Positions 1 to 16,740 of a stretch of DNA of 64,000 nucleotides are shown in pieces. A program made the translations under genes and the position numbers. Under the pieces are notes generated by a model, which was given only the letters and a program-made list of their open reading frames with translations, was not told the origin of the DNA and made no database searches. Every line of letters begins with the position of its first letter. Positions within the stretch are counted from its first letter, which is position 1. Source of the DNA: Octopus vulgaris (taxonomy: Eukaryota); contig OX597829.1 of assembly GCA_951406725.2 (NCBI GenBank), forward strand, positions 58,528,001-58,592,000, given 5' to 3'.

Positions 1-162
1 GTGTGTTTATGTCTCCGTTACTTAGCGGTTTGGCAAAAGAGGCCGGTAGAATAAGTACTGGGCTTACGAAGAATAAGTCCCGGGGTCGATTTGCTCGATT
101 AAAGGCAGTGCTCCAGCATGACCGCAGTCAAATGACTGAAACAAGTAAAAGAGTAAAAGAGT
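1..162 (+). mobile_element. 3' half of tRNA-derived SINE (cut by window edge)
   Basis: Matches the 3' part of the full SINE at 15444-15847 (cttagcggtt...gaataagtcccggggtcga...gtgctccagcatg...cagtcaaatgactgaaacaagtaaaagag). Confidence 0.85.
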
Positions 163-188
163 ATATATAAATATATACACAAATATAA

Positions 189-250
189 GGGGGTGACCAC
201 CATATGGTCGACCCTTGCGCTAGAAATAGATCCGCTATGGTATTAGCCAC
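189..250. repeat. ~60-bp dispersed module (also 10137-10198, 32764-32824; two inverted copies form the 48371-48490 hairpin)
   Basis: ggtgaccaccatatggtcgacYcttgYgctaRaaatagatccgctatggtattagccac occurs three times, always beside (TA)n. Confidence 0.8.
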
Positions 251-258
251 TATATATA

Positions 259-259
<1 letters not shown>

Positions 260-305
<46 letters not shown>

Positions 306-322
306 ACTACTACTACTACTAT

Positions 323-365
<43 letters not shown>

Positions 366-408
366 TCTACTACTTCTACTACGACTACTACTTCTACTAC
401 TACTTCTT

Positions 409-505
<97 letters not shown>

Positions 506-663
506 TACTTCTACTACTACTACTACTACTACTACTCCAACTACGTCCACTACTACTACTACTACTACTTCTACTACTTCTACTACTACTACTACTCCAA
601 CTACGTCTACTACTACTACTACTACTTCTACTACTACTACTACTACTACTACTACGACTACTT

Positions 664-696
<33 letters not shown>

Positions 697-813
697 CAAC
701 TACGTCTACTACTACTACTACTACTACTTCTACTACTACTACTACTCCAACTACGTCTACTACTACTACTACTACTTCTACTACTACTACTACTACTACT
801 ACTACGACTACTT

Positions 814-852
<39 letters not shown>

Positions 853-890
853 TACTACTACTACTACTACTACTTCTACTACTACTACTG

Positions 891-923
<33 letters not shown>

Positions 924-1052
924 CAACTACGTCTACTACTACTTCTACTACTACTTCTACTACTACTACTACTATTTCCACTAATACTACTACTACTTCT
1001 ACTACTACTACTGCTACTACTACTACTACTTCTACTACTACTACGACTACTT

Positions 1053-1083
<31 letters not shown>

Positions 1084-1103
1084 TACTACTTCTACTACTA
1101 CTA
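260..1103. repeat. (CTA)n microsatellite
   Basis: Direct reading. Confidence 0.95.
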
Positions 1104-1615
1104 CAAAACAGAGAGAGAGTGTTTGTATTGGTTATTTCTTTGCTTTATATATTTCATCCTGACGGAACCGGTGCCGCGTTTGTCTGGCAGAGTCCAGGTG
1201 TTTCCGTGGTAGTAGTCGTCCGGTGGTGGTGCTAGTGTGTGCAGGTAGTAGTTGTTTGGTAATAGTAGGCATTGTGGGTAATAGGAGTACGATGCTAGTA
1301 ATGTAGTCGTAGCAGTAGTTGTAGTAGGAGGAGGAGGAGTTGGAGTAGTAGTAGTAGTAGTAGTAGTAGTAGGAAGAGGAGGAGTAGTAGTTGGAGTAGA
1401 AGTAGTAGTAGTAGAAGTAGTAGTGGGATGAAAAAGACGTCAGGAAAAACGAACGTATGAGAAAGGAGAGAGAGGAGAAGGGGGCGTTGTAGAAAAAGTG
1501 AAGGGTTTCAAGGGGACAATGGAACAACTGTCCTCCACCCCTGTCCCCCCACACCTCCCTCGACAGACGTCAGGAGCTATGACGGGTGATGTAATGACAA
1601 GGGGAACAATGGGAG

Positions 1616-2840
1616 TGATGATGATGGTGATGATGATTCGGATGAGGATGAGGATGAGGATGAGAATGATGATGATGGTGATGGTGGTGATGATGATGAG
1701 GATGATGAGGATGATGAGGAGGATGAGGAGGATGAGGAGGATGAGTATGGATGAGGAGGAGGAGGATGATGATGAGGAGGAGGTGGATGATGTTGAGAAT
1801 GATGATGATGAGGAGGAGGAGGAGGAGGAGGTTGATGATGATGATGATGATGAGGAGGAGGAGGAGGAGGAGGAGGTGGATGATGTTGAGGATGATGATG
1901 ATGATGAGGATGATGAGGATGAGGATGAGGTGGATGATGATGATGAGGAGGAGGAGGAGGAGGAAGTTGTTGAGGATGATGATGATGATGAGGAGGATGA
2001 GGATGAGGATGAGGATGATGATGAGGATGATGATGATGGATGATGATGATGATGATGATGATGAGGAGGAGGAGGAGGATGAGGGGAGATGACAAGGATG
2101 CTGACAACAACAGCGGGATGATAGCTATGATGACTGGTGATTATGGTGGTGGTGGTAGTGGGTGTGGTGTTGGTTGTTGCGCTTGTGGTGGTAGTGGGTG
2201 TGGTTGTTGTGGTAGTGGTGGTGAATATAGTGGTGGTTGTGGTAGTGTGTGTGGTGGCGGTGGTGGTGGTGGTGGTAGTGGGTGTGGTGGTGGGTGTGGT
2301 GGGTGTGGTTGTGGTGGTTGTGGTTGTGGTGGTGGTTGTGGTTGCGGTGGTGGTGGTGGTGGTAGTGGTGGTGGTTGTGGTAGTGGTGGTGGTTTTGGTT
2401 GTGGTGGTGGTGGTGATATTGGTAGTGGTGATGGTGGTGATTGTGGTTGTTGTGGTTGTGGTGGTGGTGGTGGTGGTGGTTGTGGTGGTGGTGGTGGTGG
2501 TGGTGGTGGTGGTGGTTTGGTTGTGGTGGTGGTGGTTGTGGTGGTGGTTTTGGTGTGGTGGTTTTGGTTGTGGTGGTTGTGGTTGTGGTGGTGGTGGTGG
2601 TGGTTTTGGTTGTGGTGGTTTTGGTTGTGGTGGTTGTGGTGGTGGTGGTGGTGGTGGTGGTGGTGGTGGTGATTATGGTAGTGGTGATGGTGATTGTGGT
2701 TGTTGTGGTTGTGGTTGTATGGTGGTGGTGGTAGTGGTGATGGTGGTTGTGGTTGTTGTGGTTGTGGTGGTGATTATAGTGGTGGTTGATTATGGTGGTG
2801 GTGGTGGTGGTGCTGATTATGCTGATGATGGTGGTGGCAT
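1616..2840. repeat. (GAT/GAG)n followed by (GGT)n low-complexity tracts
   Basis: Direct reading. Confidence 0.95.
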
Positions 2841-3039
2841 TGATAACAGATGCGATTTTGGGTTGGGTGGGGGGCGGAAAGGAGGCTGTGCAGTGGTGTC
2901 GGTGGTGGAGCTGATGCAGTGAATAAAATAAAGGTCAATCAGTAGATGTGGTGCCCTGATGAAGTTAACGAGTTCCTCACCCTTCCGCCCCCACAGCCCG
3001 ACCCGCACCCTCTTCCATTTGTTCTGGACACACAGACAC

Positions 3040-3161
3040 ACAGAGAGGTGTGTTGTCTATCGGTGCTTTGGTGATGCAGTCGGGATATCAGTAGTGGGAC
3101 GATACAGAGAGGGACACAGTATGAGGGAGAGGTGAGGAAAAGAAGAGCAAGGAGGTGAATA

Positions 3162-3197
<36 letters not shown>

Positions 3198-4213
3198 AGG
3201 GAGAAAAAGACAGACAGAGAGACAGGCAGACAGAGAGAGAAACAGAGAGAGAGAGAGAGACGGACAGAGACAGATGGAGAAAAACAGAGAGAGAGAGAGA
3301 CAGAGAGAGAGAGACAGAGAGAGAGAGAGACAGAGAGAGAGACGGACAGAGAGACAGACAGAGACAGATGGAGAGAAACAGAGAGAGAGAGAAAGACACA
3401 GAGAGAGAGACAGAAAGAAACAAACAGAGAGAGAGAGAAAAACGGAGAGAGAGAGAGAAACAGAGAGAGAGAGAAAGACAGAGAGAGAGACAGAAAGAAA
3501 CAAACAGAGAGAGAGAAAAACGGAGAGAGAGAGAAAAACGAGAGAGAGAGAGAGAGAGAAACAGAGAGAGAGATAGAGACAGAAAGAGAGAAACAGGGAG
3601 AGAGAGAGAAAGACAGAGGGAAAGACAGAAAGAGAGAAATAGGGAGAGAGAGAGAGAAACGCAGAGAGAGAGAGAGACGCAGACGAGAGAGAAACGCAGA
3701 GAGAGAGAGAGAGAGAGAAGACAGACAGACAGACAGAGAGGTGTGTTGTCTATCGGTGCTTTGGTGATGCAGTCCGGATATCAGCAGTGGGACGATACAG
3801 AGAGGAAAAGAGTATGAGGGAGAGGTGAGGAAAAGGAGAGCAAGGAGGAGAATATACATGTGTGTGTGTGTGCGTGTGTGAGAGAGAGAGAAAGAGAAAA
3901 AGACAGAGAGAGAGATAGAGAGACGGGCAGAGAGACAGAGAGAGACAGAAAGAGAGAGAGAGAAAGAGAGAGACAGACAGAGAGAGAGAGGCGAGAGAAA
4001 GAGTGGGACAGAGAGAGAGACACAGAAGGAGAGACAAGACAGAGAGAGAAAGGAGAGAAATACAGAGAGAGAGAAAGAGAAAAAGACAGAGAGAGAGAGA
4101 GAGACAGAGAGAGAGACAGACAGAGACAGAAAGAGAGAAACAGAGAGAGAGAGAAACAGAGAGAGAGAGGGAGAGAGAGAAAGACAGAGAGAGAGACAGA
4201 AAGAGACAAACAG

Positions 4214-4272
<59 letters not shown>

Positions 4273-4349
4273 GAGAAAGACAGAGAGAAAGACAGAAAGA
4301 GAGAAACAGGGAGAGAGAGAGAGAAAGACAGAGGGAAAGACAGAAAGAG

Positions 4350-4391
<42 letters not shown>

Positions 4392-6019
4392 GGAAAGACA
4401 GAAAGAGAGAAACAGGGAGAGAGAGAAAGACAGAGGGAAAGACAGAAAGAGAGAAACAGGGAGAGAGAGAGAAAGACAGAGGGAAAGACAGAAAGAGAGA
4501 AACAGAGAGAGAGAGAGAGAGAAAGACAGAGGGAAAGACAGAAAGAGAGAAACAGGGAGAGAGAGAGAGAAAGACAGAGGGAAAGACAGAAAGAGAGAAA
4601 CAGAGAGAGAGAGAGAGAGAAAGACAGAGGGAAAGACAGAAAGAGAGAAACAGGGAGAGAGAGAGAAAGACAGAGGGAAAGACAGAAAGAGAGAAACAGA
4701 GAGAGAGAGAGAGAAAGACAGAGGGAAAGACAGAAAGAGAGAAACAGAGAGAGAGAGAGAGAGAGAAAGACAGAGGGAAAGACAGAAAGAGAGAAACAGG
4801 GAGAGAGAGAGAGAGAAAGACAGAGGGAAAGACAGAAAGAGAGAAACAGAGAGAGAGAGAGAGAGAAAGACAGAGGGAAAGACAGAAAGAGAGAAACAGG
4901 GAGAGAGAGAAAGACAGAGGGAAAGACAGAAAGAGAGAAACAGAGAGAGAGAGAAAGACAGAGGGAAAGACAGAAAGAGAGAAACAGGGAGAGAGAGAGA
5001 GAAAGACAGAGGGAAAGACAGAAAGAGAGAAACAGGGAGAGAGAGAGAGAAAGACAGAGGGGAAAGACAGAAAGAGAGAAACAGGGAGAGAGAGAGAAAG
5101 ACAGAGGGAAAGACAGAAAGAGAGAAACAGGGAGAGAGAGAGAGAAAGACAGAGGGAAAGACAGAAAGAGAGAAACAGGGAGAGAGAGAGAAAGACAGAG
5201 GGAAAGACAGAAAGAGAGAAACAGGGAGAGAGAGAGAAAGACAGACAGAAAGAGAGAAACAGGGAGAGAGGGAGAGAGAGAGAAAGACAGAGGGAAAGAC
5301 AGAAAGAGAGAAACAGGGAGAGAGAGAGAAAGACAGAGAGAGAGACAGACAGAGAGAGAGAAACAGGGAGAGAGAGAGAAAGACAGAGGGAAAGACAGAA
5401 AGAGAGAAACAGGGAGAGAGAGAGAGAAAGACAGAGGGAAAGACAGAAAGAGAGAAACAGGGAGAGAGAGAGAGAAAGACAGAGGGAAAGACAGAAAGAG
5501 AGAAACAGGGAGAGAGAGAGAGAGAAAGACAGAAAGAGAGAAACAGGGAGAGAGAGAGAGAAAGACAGAGGGAAAGACAGAAAGAGAGAAACAGGGAGAG
5601 AGAGAGAAAGACAGACAGAGAGACAGACAGAGAGAGCGAGAGAGAGAAAGACAGACAGAGAGAGAGAAAGGCAGAGAGACAGACAGACAGAGAGACAGAA
5701 ACACAGAGAGTGAGAGAGAGAGATAAACGCAGAGAGAGAGAGAGAGAGAGAAAGACACACAGACAGACAGAGAGAAACTATCGTGCTTTGGTGATGCAGT
5801 CCGGATATCAGCAGTGGGACGATACAGAGAGGAAAAGAGTATGAGGGAGAGGTGAGGAAAAGGAGAGCAAGGAGGAGAATATACATGTATGTTTGTGTGC
5901 GTGTGTGTGCGTGTGAGAGAGAGAGAGAAAGACAGAGTGAGAGATGGATAGAGAAAAACAGAGAGAGAGACAGAGAGAGAGACGGACAGAGAGACAGACA
6001 GAGACAGAAAGAGGGAAAC

Positions 6020-6050
<31 letters not shown>

Positions 6051-6103
6051 GAGACAGAGAGACGGACAGAGAGAAAGGGAGAAAGACAGAGAGAAAGAGA
6101 GAA

Positions 6104-6144
<41 letters not shown>

Positions 6145-6156
6145 CAAAGAGAGAAC

Positions 6157-6187
<31 letters not shown>

Positions 6188-6605
6188 CAGAAAGAGAGAA
6201 ACAGAGAGAGAGAGAGAAAGAGAGAAAGAGAGAAAGACAGACAGAGAGAGAGGGAGAAAGACAGAGAGAGAGAGAAAAAAGACAGAGACAGAGAGAGAGA
6301 GAAAGAGAGGGGGAGAGAAAGATAGACAGAGAGAGAGGAAGAAAGACAGACAGAGAGAGAGAAAGACAGAGAGAGAGACAGACAGATGGAGAGAAAGACA
6401 GACAGAGAGAAAGAGAGACAGAGAGAGAGAAAGACAGAGAGAGAGACAGACAGAGAGAAACGCAGAGAGAGAGAGAGAGAGAGAAAGACAGACAGAGAGA
6501 GAGAAAGACAGAGAGAGAGACAGACAGAGAGAAACGCAGAGAGAGAGAGAGAGAGAAAGACAGACAGAGAGAGAGAAAGACAGACAGAGAGAGAGAAAGA
6601 CAGAC

Positions 6606-6656
<51 letters not shown>

Positions 6657-6910
6657 GAAGACAGACAGACAGAGAGAGAGAAAGACAGAGAGAGAGACAG
6701 ACAGAGAGAAACGCAGAGAGAGAGAGAGAAAGACAGACAGAGAGTGAGAAAGACAGAGAGAGAGACAGACAGAGAGAAACGCAGAGAGAGAGAGAGAGAG
6801 AAAGACAGACAGAGAGAAACGCAGACAGAGAGAAAGAGAGAAAAAGGCAGAGAGGGAAAGACAGAAACAGAGAAATACAGAGAGAGAGACCGGCAGAGTG
6901 AGAGAGAAAG
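3040..6910. repeat. GA-rich purine tract with a ~44-bp higher-order unit and three embedded ~120-bp cassettes
   Basis: Unit gaaagacagagggaaagacagaaagagagaaacaggga(ga)n recurs from ~4300 to 5600. The cassette gtgctttggtgatgcagtc...aggagRRgaatatacatg occurs at ~3063, ~3757 and ~5783. Confidence 0.9.
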
Positions 6911-7170
6911 ACATACATACATACATATACATACACATACATACATACATACATACACACATACATACATACATATATACATACATAAATAAATACACAC
7001 ATACATACATAAATACAAACACACACACATACACATACATACATACATACACACACACATACATACACACATACATACACACACACACATACATACATAC
7101 ATACATATATACATACATACATACATACACACATACGTACATACATACATATATACACATACATACATGT
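6911..7170. repeat. (ACAT)n microsatellite
   Basis: Direct reading. Confidence 0.95.
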
Positions 7171-7477
7171 ATGTATGCGTGTTTCTGCCACGTATATGCG
7201 TTTGAATGTAGGTATGCATGCGTATAACATGGCACAGGCATATTGAGGCATGTGCACGCGACTCTACACATACACACACAAGTACAGATGTGCGCATGTC
7301 TGTATGTAAGGGCTGTATGTATAGGTGGATAGACAGAGAGATAACGTCGTCTGATGAACGAAAAAGGTCCGAAACGTATTGTAATAAAAAAGAAATTAGG
7401 CTATGCCCACTTATCTGTCCAATTAGAAGAAGATTAAATTAATTAGCTGTAACAACGACCGAAAGTATATGCATATA

Positions 7478-7817
7478 GGCGTAGGAGTGGCTATGTGGTA
7501 AGTAGCTTGCTTACCAACCAAGTGGTTCCGGGTTCAGTCCCACTGCGTTGCACCTTGGGCAAGTGTCTTCTGCTATAGCCCCGGGCCGACAAATGCCTCG
7601 TGAGTGGATTTGGTAGACGGAAACTGAAAGAAGCCCATCGTATATATATACAGGCGTTGGAGTGTCTGTGTGGTAAGTAGGTTGCTTAGCAACCACATGG
7701 TTCCGGGTTCAGTCCCACTGCGTGGCACCTTCGGCAGGTGTCTTCTGCTATAGCCCCGGGCCGACCAATGCCTTGTGAGTGGATTTGGTAGACGGAAACT
7801 GAAAGAAGCCTGTCGTA

Positions 7818-7881
<64 letters not shown>

Positions 7882-9334
7882 CGTTGGAGTGTCTGTGTGG
7901 TAAGTAGCTTGCTTACCAACCACATGGTTCCAGGTTCAGTCCCACAGCGTGGCATCTTGGGCAAGTGTCTTCTGCTATAGCCCCGGGCCGACCAATGCCT
8001 TGTGAGTGGATTTGGTAGACGGAAACTGATAGAATCCCGTCGTATATATATAGGTGTAGGAGTGGCTGTGTGGTAAGTAGCTCGTTCACCAACCGCATGG
8101 TTCTGGGTTCAGTCCCACTGCGTGGCAACTTGGGCAAGTGTCTTCTACTATAGCCTCGGGCCGACCAAAGCCTTGTGAGTGGATTTGGTAGACGGAAACT
8201 GAAAGAAGCCCGTCGTATATATATATATATAGGTGGAGGAGTGGCTGTGTGGTAAGTAGCTTGCTTACCAACCACATGGTTCCGGGTTCAGTCCCACTGC
8301 GTTGCACCTAGGGCAAGTGTCTTCTACTTTAGCCCCGGGCCGACCAATGCCTTGTAAGCCCATCGTATATATATATATATATAGGCGTAGGAGTGGCTGT
8401 GTGGTAAGTCGCTTGTTTACCAACCACATGGTTCCGGGTTCAGTCCCACTGCGTTGGCATCTTGGGCAAGTGTCTTCTACTAAAGCCTCAGCCCGACCAA
8501 AGCCTTGTGAGTTGATTTGGTAGACGGAAACTGAAAGAAGCCCGTCGTATATATATATATATATAGGCGTAGGAGTGGCTGTGTGGTAAGTAGCTTGTTT
8601 ACCAACCACATGGTTCCGGGTTCAGCCCCACTGCGTGGCATCTTGGGCAAGTGTCTTCTACTAATGCCCCGGGCCGACCAAAGATTGTGAGTGGATTTGG
8701 TAGACGGAAACTGAAAGAAGCCCGTCGTATATTAAATAGGCGCAGGAGTGGCTGTGTGGTAAGTAGCTTGTTTACCAACCACATGGTTCCGGGTTCAGTC
8801 ACACTGTGTGGCATCTTCGGCAAGTGTCTTCTACTATAGCCTCGGGCCGATCAAAGCTTGTGAGTGGATTTGGTAGATGGAAACTGTAAGAAGCCCGTCG
8901 TATATATATATATATATAAGCATAGGAGTGGCTGTGTGGTAAGTAGCTTGTTTACCAACCACATGGTTCCGGGTTCAGTCACACTGCGTGGCATCTTGGG
9001 CAAGTGTCTTCTACTATAGCCTCGGGCCGATCAAAGCCTTGTGAGTGGATTTGGTAGACGGAAACTGAAAGAAGCCCATCGTATATATATATAGGCGTAG
9101 GAGTGGCTGTGCGGTAAGTAGCTTGCTTACCAACCACATGGTTCCGGGTTCAGTCACACTGCGTGGCACCTTGGGCAAGTTTCTTCTACTATAGCCTCGG
9201 GCCGATCAATGTCTTGTAGACGGAAACTGAAAGAAGCCCATCGTATATATATATAGGCGTTGGAGTGTCTGTGTGGTAAGTAGCTTCCTTACCTACCACA
9301 TGGTTCCGGGTTCAGAAACTAAAAAAAGCCCATC

Positions 9335-9370
<36 letters not shown>

Positions 9371-10105
9371 GTGTGTGTGTGTGTGTGTGTGTTTGTGTGT
9401 CTGTGTTTGTCCCCCTCGCTTTGCTGACAACCGATGCTGGTGTGTTTACGTCCCCGTCACTTAGCGGTTCGGCAAAAGAGACCGATAGAATAAGTACTGG
9501 GCTTACAAAGAAGAATAATTCCCAGGGTCGATGCTGGTGCGTTTACGTCCCCGTCACTTAGCGGTTCGGCAAAAAGCGACCGATAGAATAAGTGCTGGGC
9601 TTACAAAAAGAATAAGTCCCAGGGTCGATGCTGGCGCGTTTACGTCCCCGTCACTTAGCGGTTCGGCAAAAAGAGACCGATAGAATAAGTACTGGGCTTA
9701 CAAAGAATAAGTCCCAGGGTCGATGCTGGTGCGTTTACGTCCCCGTCACTTAGCGGTTCGGCAAAAAGTGACCGATAGAATAAGTACTGGGCTTACAGAA
9801 GCATAAGTCCCAGGGTCTATGCTGGTGTGTGTTTACGTCCCCGTCACTTAGCGGTTCGCAAAAGCGACCGATAGAATAAGTACTGGGCTTACAAAAAGAA
9901 TATGTCCCAGGGTCGATGCTGGTGTGCGTTTACGTCCCCCGTCACTTAGCGGTTCGGCAAAAAGCGACCGATAGAATAAGTACTGGGCTTACACAAAAAG
10001 AATAAGTCCCGGGGGTGGGGTCGAGTTGCTCGATTAAAAAAAAGGCGTGTTTGCTCCAGCATGGCCGCAGTCAAATGACTGAAACAAGTAAAAGAGTAAA
10101 AGAGT
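7478..10105 (+). mobile_element. Tandem array of ~11 tRNA-SINE 5' halves (~180 bp each), followed by one SINE 3' half carrying a 6x internal ~97-bp duplication
   Basis: Each unit begins ggcgtaggagtggctgtgtggtaag (A-box-like tggctgtgtgg), has B-box-like ggttcagtcc and ccttgggcaagtg, and ends in (TA)n. Confidence 0.9.
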
Positions 10106-10389
10106 ATATATATATACATATATACACAAATATATGAGGGTGACCACCATATGGTCGACTCTTGTGCTAGAAATAGATCCGCTATGGTATTAGCCACTAT
10201 ATATATATATAGACTAAAGGCAGTGCTCCAGCATGTCCGCAGTCAAATGACGGAACCGGTGCCGCGTTTGTCTGGCAGAGTCGAGGTGTTTCGGTAGTAG
10301 TAGTCCGGTGTGGTGCTACTGTGTGCAGGTGGTAGTAGTTTGGTAATAGTAGGCATTGTGGGTAATAAGAGTACGATACTAGTAATGTA

Positions 10390-14263
<3,874 letters not shown>

Positions 14264-14522
14264 AATAATGAGGGAGATAAATTAATATTAATTTTAATAT
14301 CAATTTCAGACCAGTAGTCCAGCATACAAAAAATCTGAGAAGTCAGAGAAAATTCTAATATATGTGTATATTGGCAGAGCTTGCTGCTAGGAAGTCGGCC
14401 GAATGCTAGAAATAGACCATCAACGATCAAACAACAAGGAAATTCTCTAGAGGAAAAAATTGGTAAGTATTTTTATATACATATATATATACATATACAT
14501 ATATATATACATATATATATAC

Positions 14523-14571
<49 letters not shown>

Positions 14572-14875
14572 CATACATATATATATACATATATATATAT
14601 ACATATATACATACATATATATATACATATGTACATACATATATATATATACATATATACATACATATATATATACATATATACATACATATATATATAC
14701 ATATATACATACATATATATATACATAAATACATATATACATATATATACATATATACATATATACATATATATATATACATATATATATACATACATAT
14801 ATATATACATACATATATATATATATATACATATATACATATATATATATATACATATATATATACATATATACG

Positions 14876-14922
<47 letters not shown>

Positions 14923-14924
14923 AC

Positions 14925-15001
<77 letters not shown>

Positions 15002-15046
15002 TGGCTGTGTGGTAAGTAGCTTGCTAGGTAAGTACTGTGTGGTTAG

Positions 15047-15351
15047 TACTGCTAGGAAGTCGGCCGAATGCTAGAAATAGACCATCAACGATCAAACAAC
15101 AAGGAAATTCTCTAGAGGAAAAAATTCAGCGAACACCAGAACCAAATTTGGCGGGCAGGACAGATGAAAATTTATATAAAAAACAGAATTAAATGCATAC
15201 CTCGGTTTCGGCCTTTAACAAAAGAATTACTTACGTAATTCAAATCTCCGTGCTTCTTCAATGCATTCGTCCATTGTAATGTAAACTACAAAGCTAATCC
15301 CAGCTTTTCGTGCCAGGACAGAGCCGACTTCCTAGCAGTAAGCCCTGCCAA
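15047..15351. mobile_element. Short non-coding TIR element (MITE-like); a second left-end fragment lies at 14371-14462
   Basis: Left tactgctaggaagtcggc and right gccgacttcctagcagtaagccctgccaa are inverted. The copy at 14371 has the longer left end ttggcagagcttgctgctaggaagtcggc. Confidence 0.6.
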
Positions 15352-15373
15352 GATATATATATATATATAAATA

Positions 15374-15443
<70 letters not shown>

Positions 15444-15445
<2 letters not shown>

Positions 15446-15847
15446 CGCAGGAATGGCTGTGTGGTAAGTAGCTTGCTAACCAACCACATGGTTCCGGGTT
15501 CAGTCCCACTGCGTGGCATCTTGGGCAAGTGTCTTCTGCTATAGCCCCGGGCCGACCAATGCCTTGTGAGTGGATTTGGTAGACGGAAACTGAAAGAAGC
15601 CTGTCGTATATATGTATATATATATGTGTGTGTGTTTGTGTGTCTGTGGTTGTCCCCCTAGCATCGCTTGACAACCGATGCTGGTGTGTTTACGTCCCCG
15701 TCACTTAGCGGTTCGGCAAAAAACAGACCGATAGAATAAGTACAAGGCTTACAAAGAATAAGTCCCGGGGTCGAGTTGCTCGATTAAAGGCGGTGCTCCA
15801 GCATGGCCGCAGTCAAATGACTGAAACAAGTAAATGAGAAATGAGAA
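15444..15847 (+). mobile_element. Full-length tRNA-derived SINE with internal (TA)n(TG)n and CR1-like 3' tail
   Basis: tRNA-like head with A/B boxes, central domain, microsatellite, and tail ggcggtgctccagcatggccgcagtcaaatgactgaaacaag plus short terminal repeats. Confidence 0.9.
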
Positions 15848-16085
15848 TATATATATATATATATACATATATATATAGAAATATTAAAATAACTAAGTCT
15901 CTCTAAAAGAGAACAGCGGCAGCGTTCCCGGAAAATAATAGTTATCGCCATACTAATATGGCATTCTTATAAAAATAAGAAAAAAGCTGTCCGCTTATTA
16001 GCTCCATGAGGCCATCGCCTTAAGTTAGCTATTTGATACACAAACTGTATCCATATAACCTTCGAACAAGGGAGGTCAGTCGCTC

Positions 16086-16164
16086 CACACTACTTGACCG
16101 GCAGCTACAGACGCGTTTCGGGGTATTGCCCCTTTTCAATGCAGCGTAGCCAGCCAGTAGGTGT
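16086..16164 (-). ncRNA. Type I hammerhead ribozyme, family 1 (U3-A8 core variant)
   Basis: Reverse complement of the 16741-16819 motif. The single difference in stem I turns an A-U pair into G-U. Predicted cleavage between 16110 and 16109. Confidence 0.8.
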
Positions 16165-16740
16165 CGCTTCCGACAATCTCTGTTCGATGGTTTTATTTAC
16201 CTAGTTTCGGTGGAATACATTCACTTGTTTTCAATAATAGAAATATTAAAATAACTAAGTCTCTCTAAAAGAGAACAGCGGCAGCGTTCCCGGAAAATAA
16301 TAGTTATCGCCATACTAATATGGCATTCTTATAAAAATAAGAAAAAGCTGTCCGCTTATTAGCTCCATGAGGCCATCGCCTTAAGTTAGCTATTTGATAC
16401 ACAAACTGTATCCATATAACCTTCGAACAAGGGAGGTCAGTCGCTCCACACTACTTGACCGGCAGCTACAGACTTGTTCGAAGGTTATATGGATACAGTT
16501 TGTGTATCAAATAGCTAACTTAAGGCGATGGCCTCATGGAGCTAATAAGCGGACAGCTTTTTTCTTATTTTTATAAGAATGCCATATTAGTATGGCGATA
16601 ACTATTATTTTCCGGGAATGCTGCCGCTGTTCTCTTTTAGAGAGACTTAGTTATTTTAATATTTCTATTATTGAAAACAAGTGAATGTATTCCACCGAAA
16701 CTAGGTAAATAAAACCATCGAACAGAGATTGTCGGAAGCG

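Noticed and set aside
2954-2975. cctgatgaag as a hammerhead core
   Set aside because: No GAAA and no pairing stems follow.
204-7297. Long ORFs (up to 1452 aa) of poly-T/V/SL/RE
   Set aside because: Stop-free frames of microsatellites with no domain content.
7341-7390. ctgatgaacgaaaaaggtccgaaacgtattgtaataaa as a minimal hammerhead
   Set aside because: Both core boxes are present but stem II barely pairs and no stem I partner follows; at most a decayed PLE-type remnant.
7478-7555. SINE heads as tRNA genes
   Set aside because: A/B boxes only, no convincing cloverleaf, and they always continue into the SINE body.
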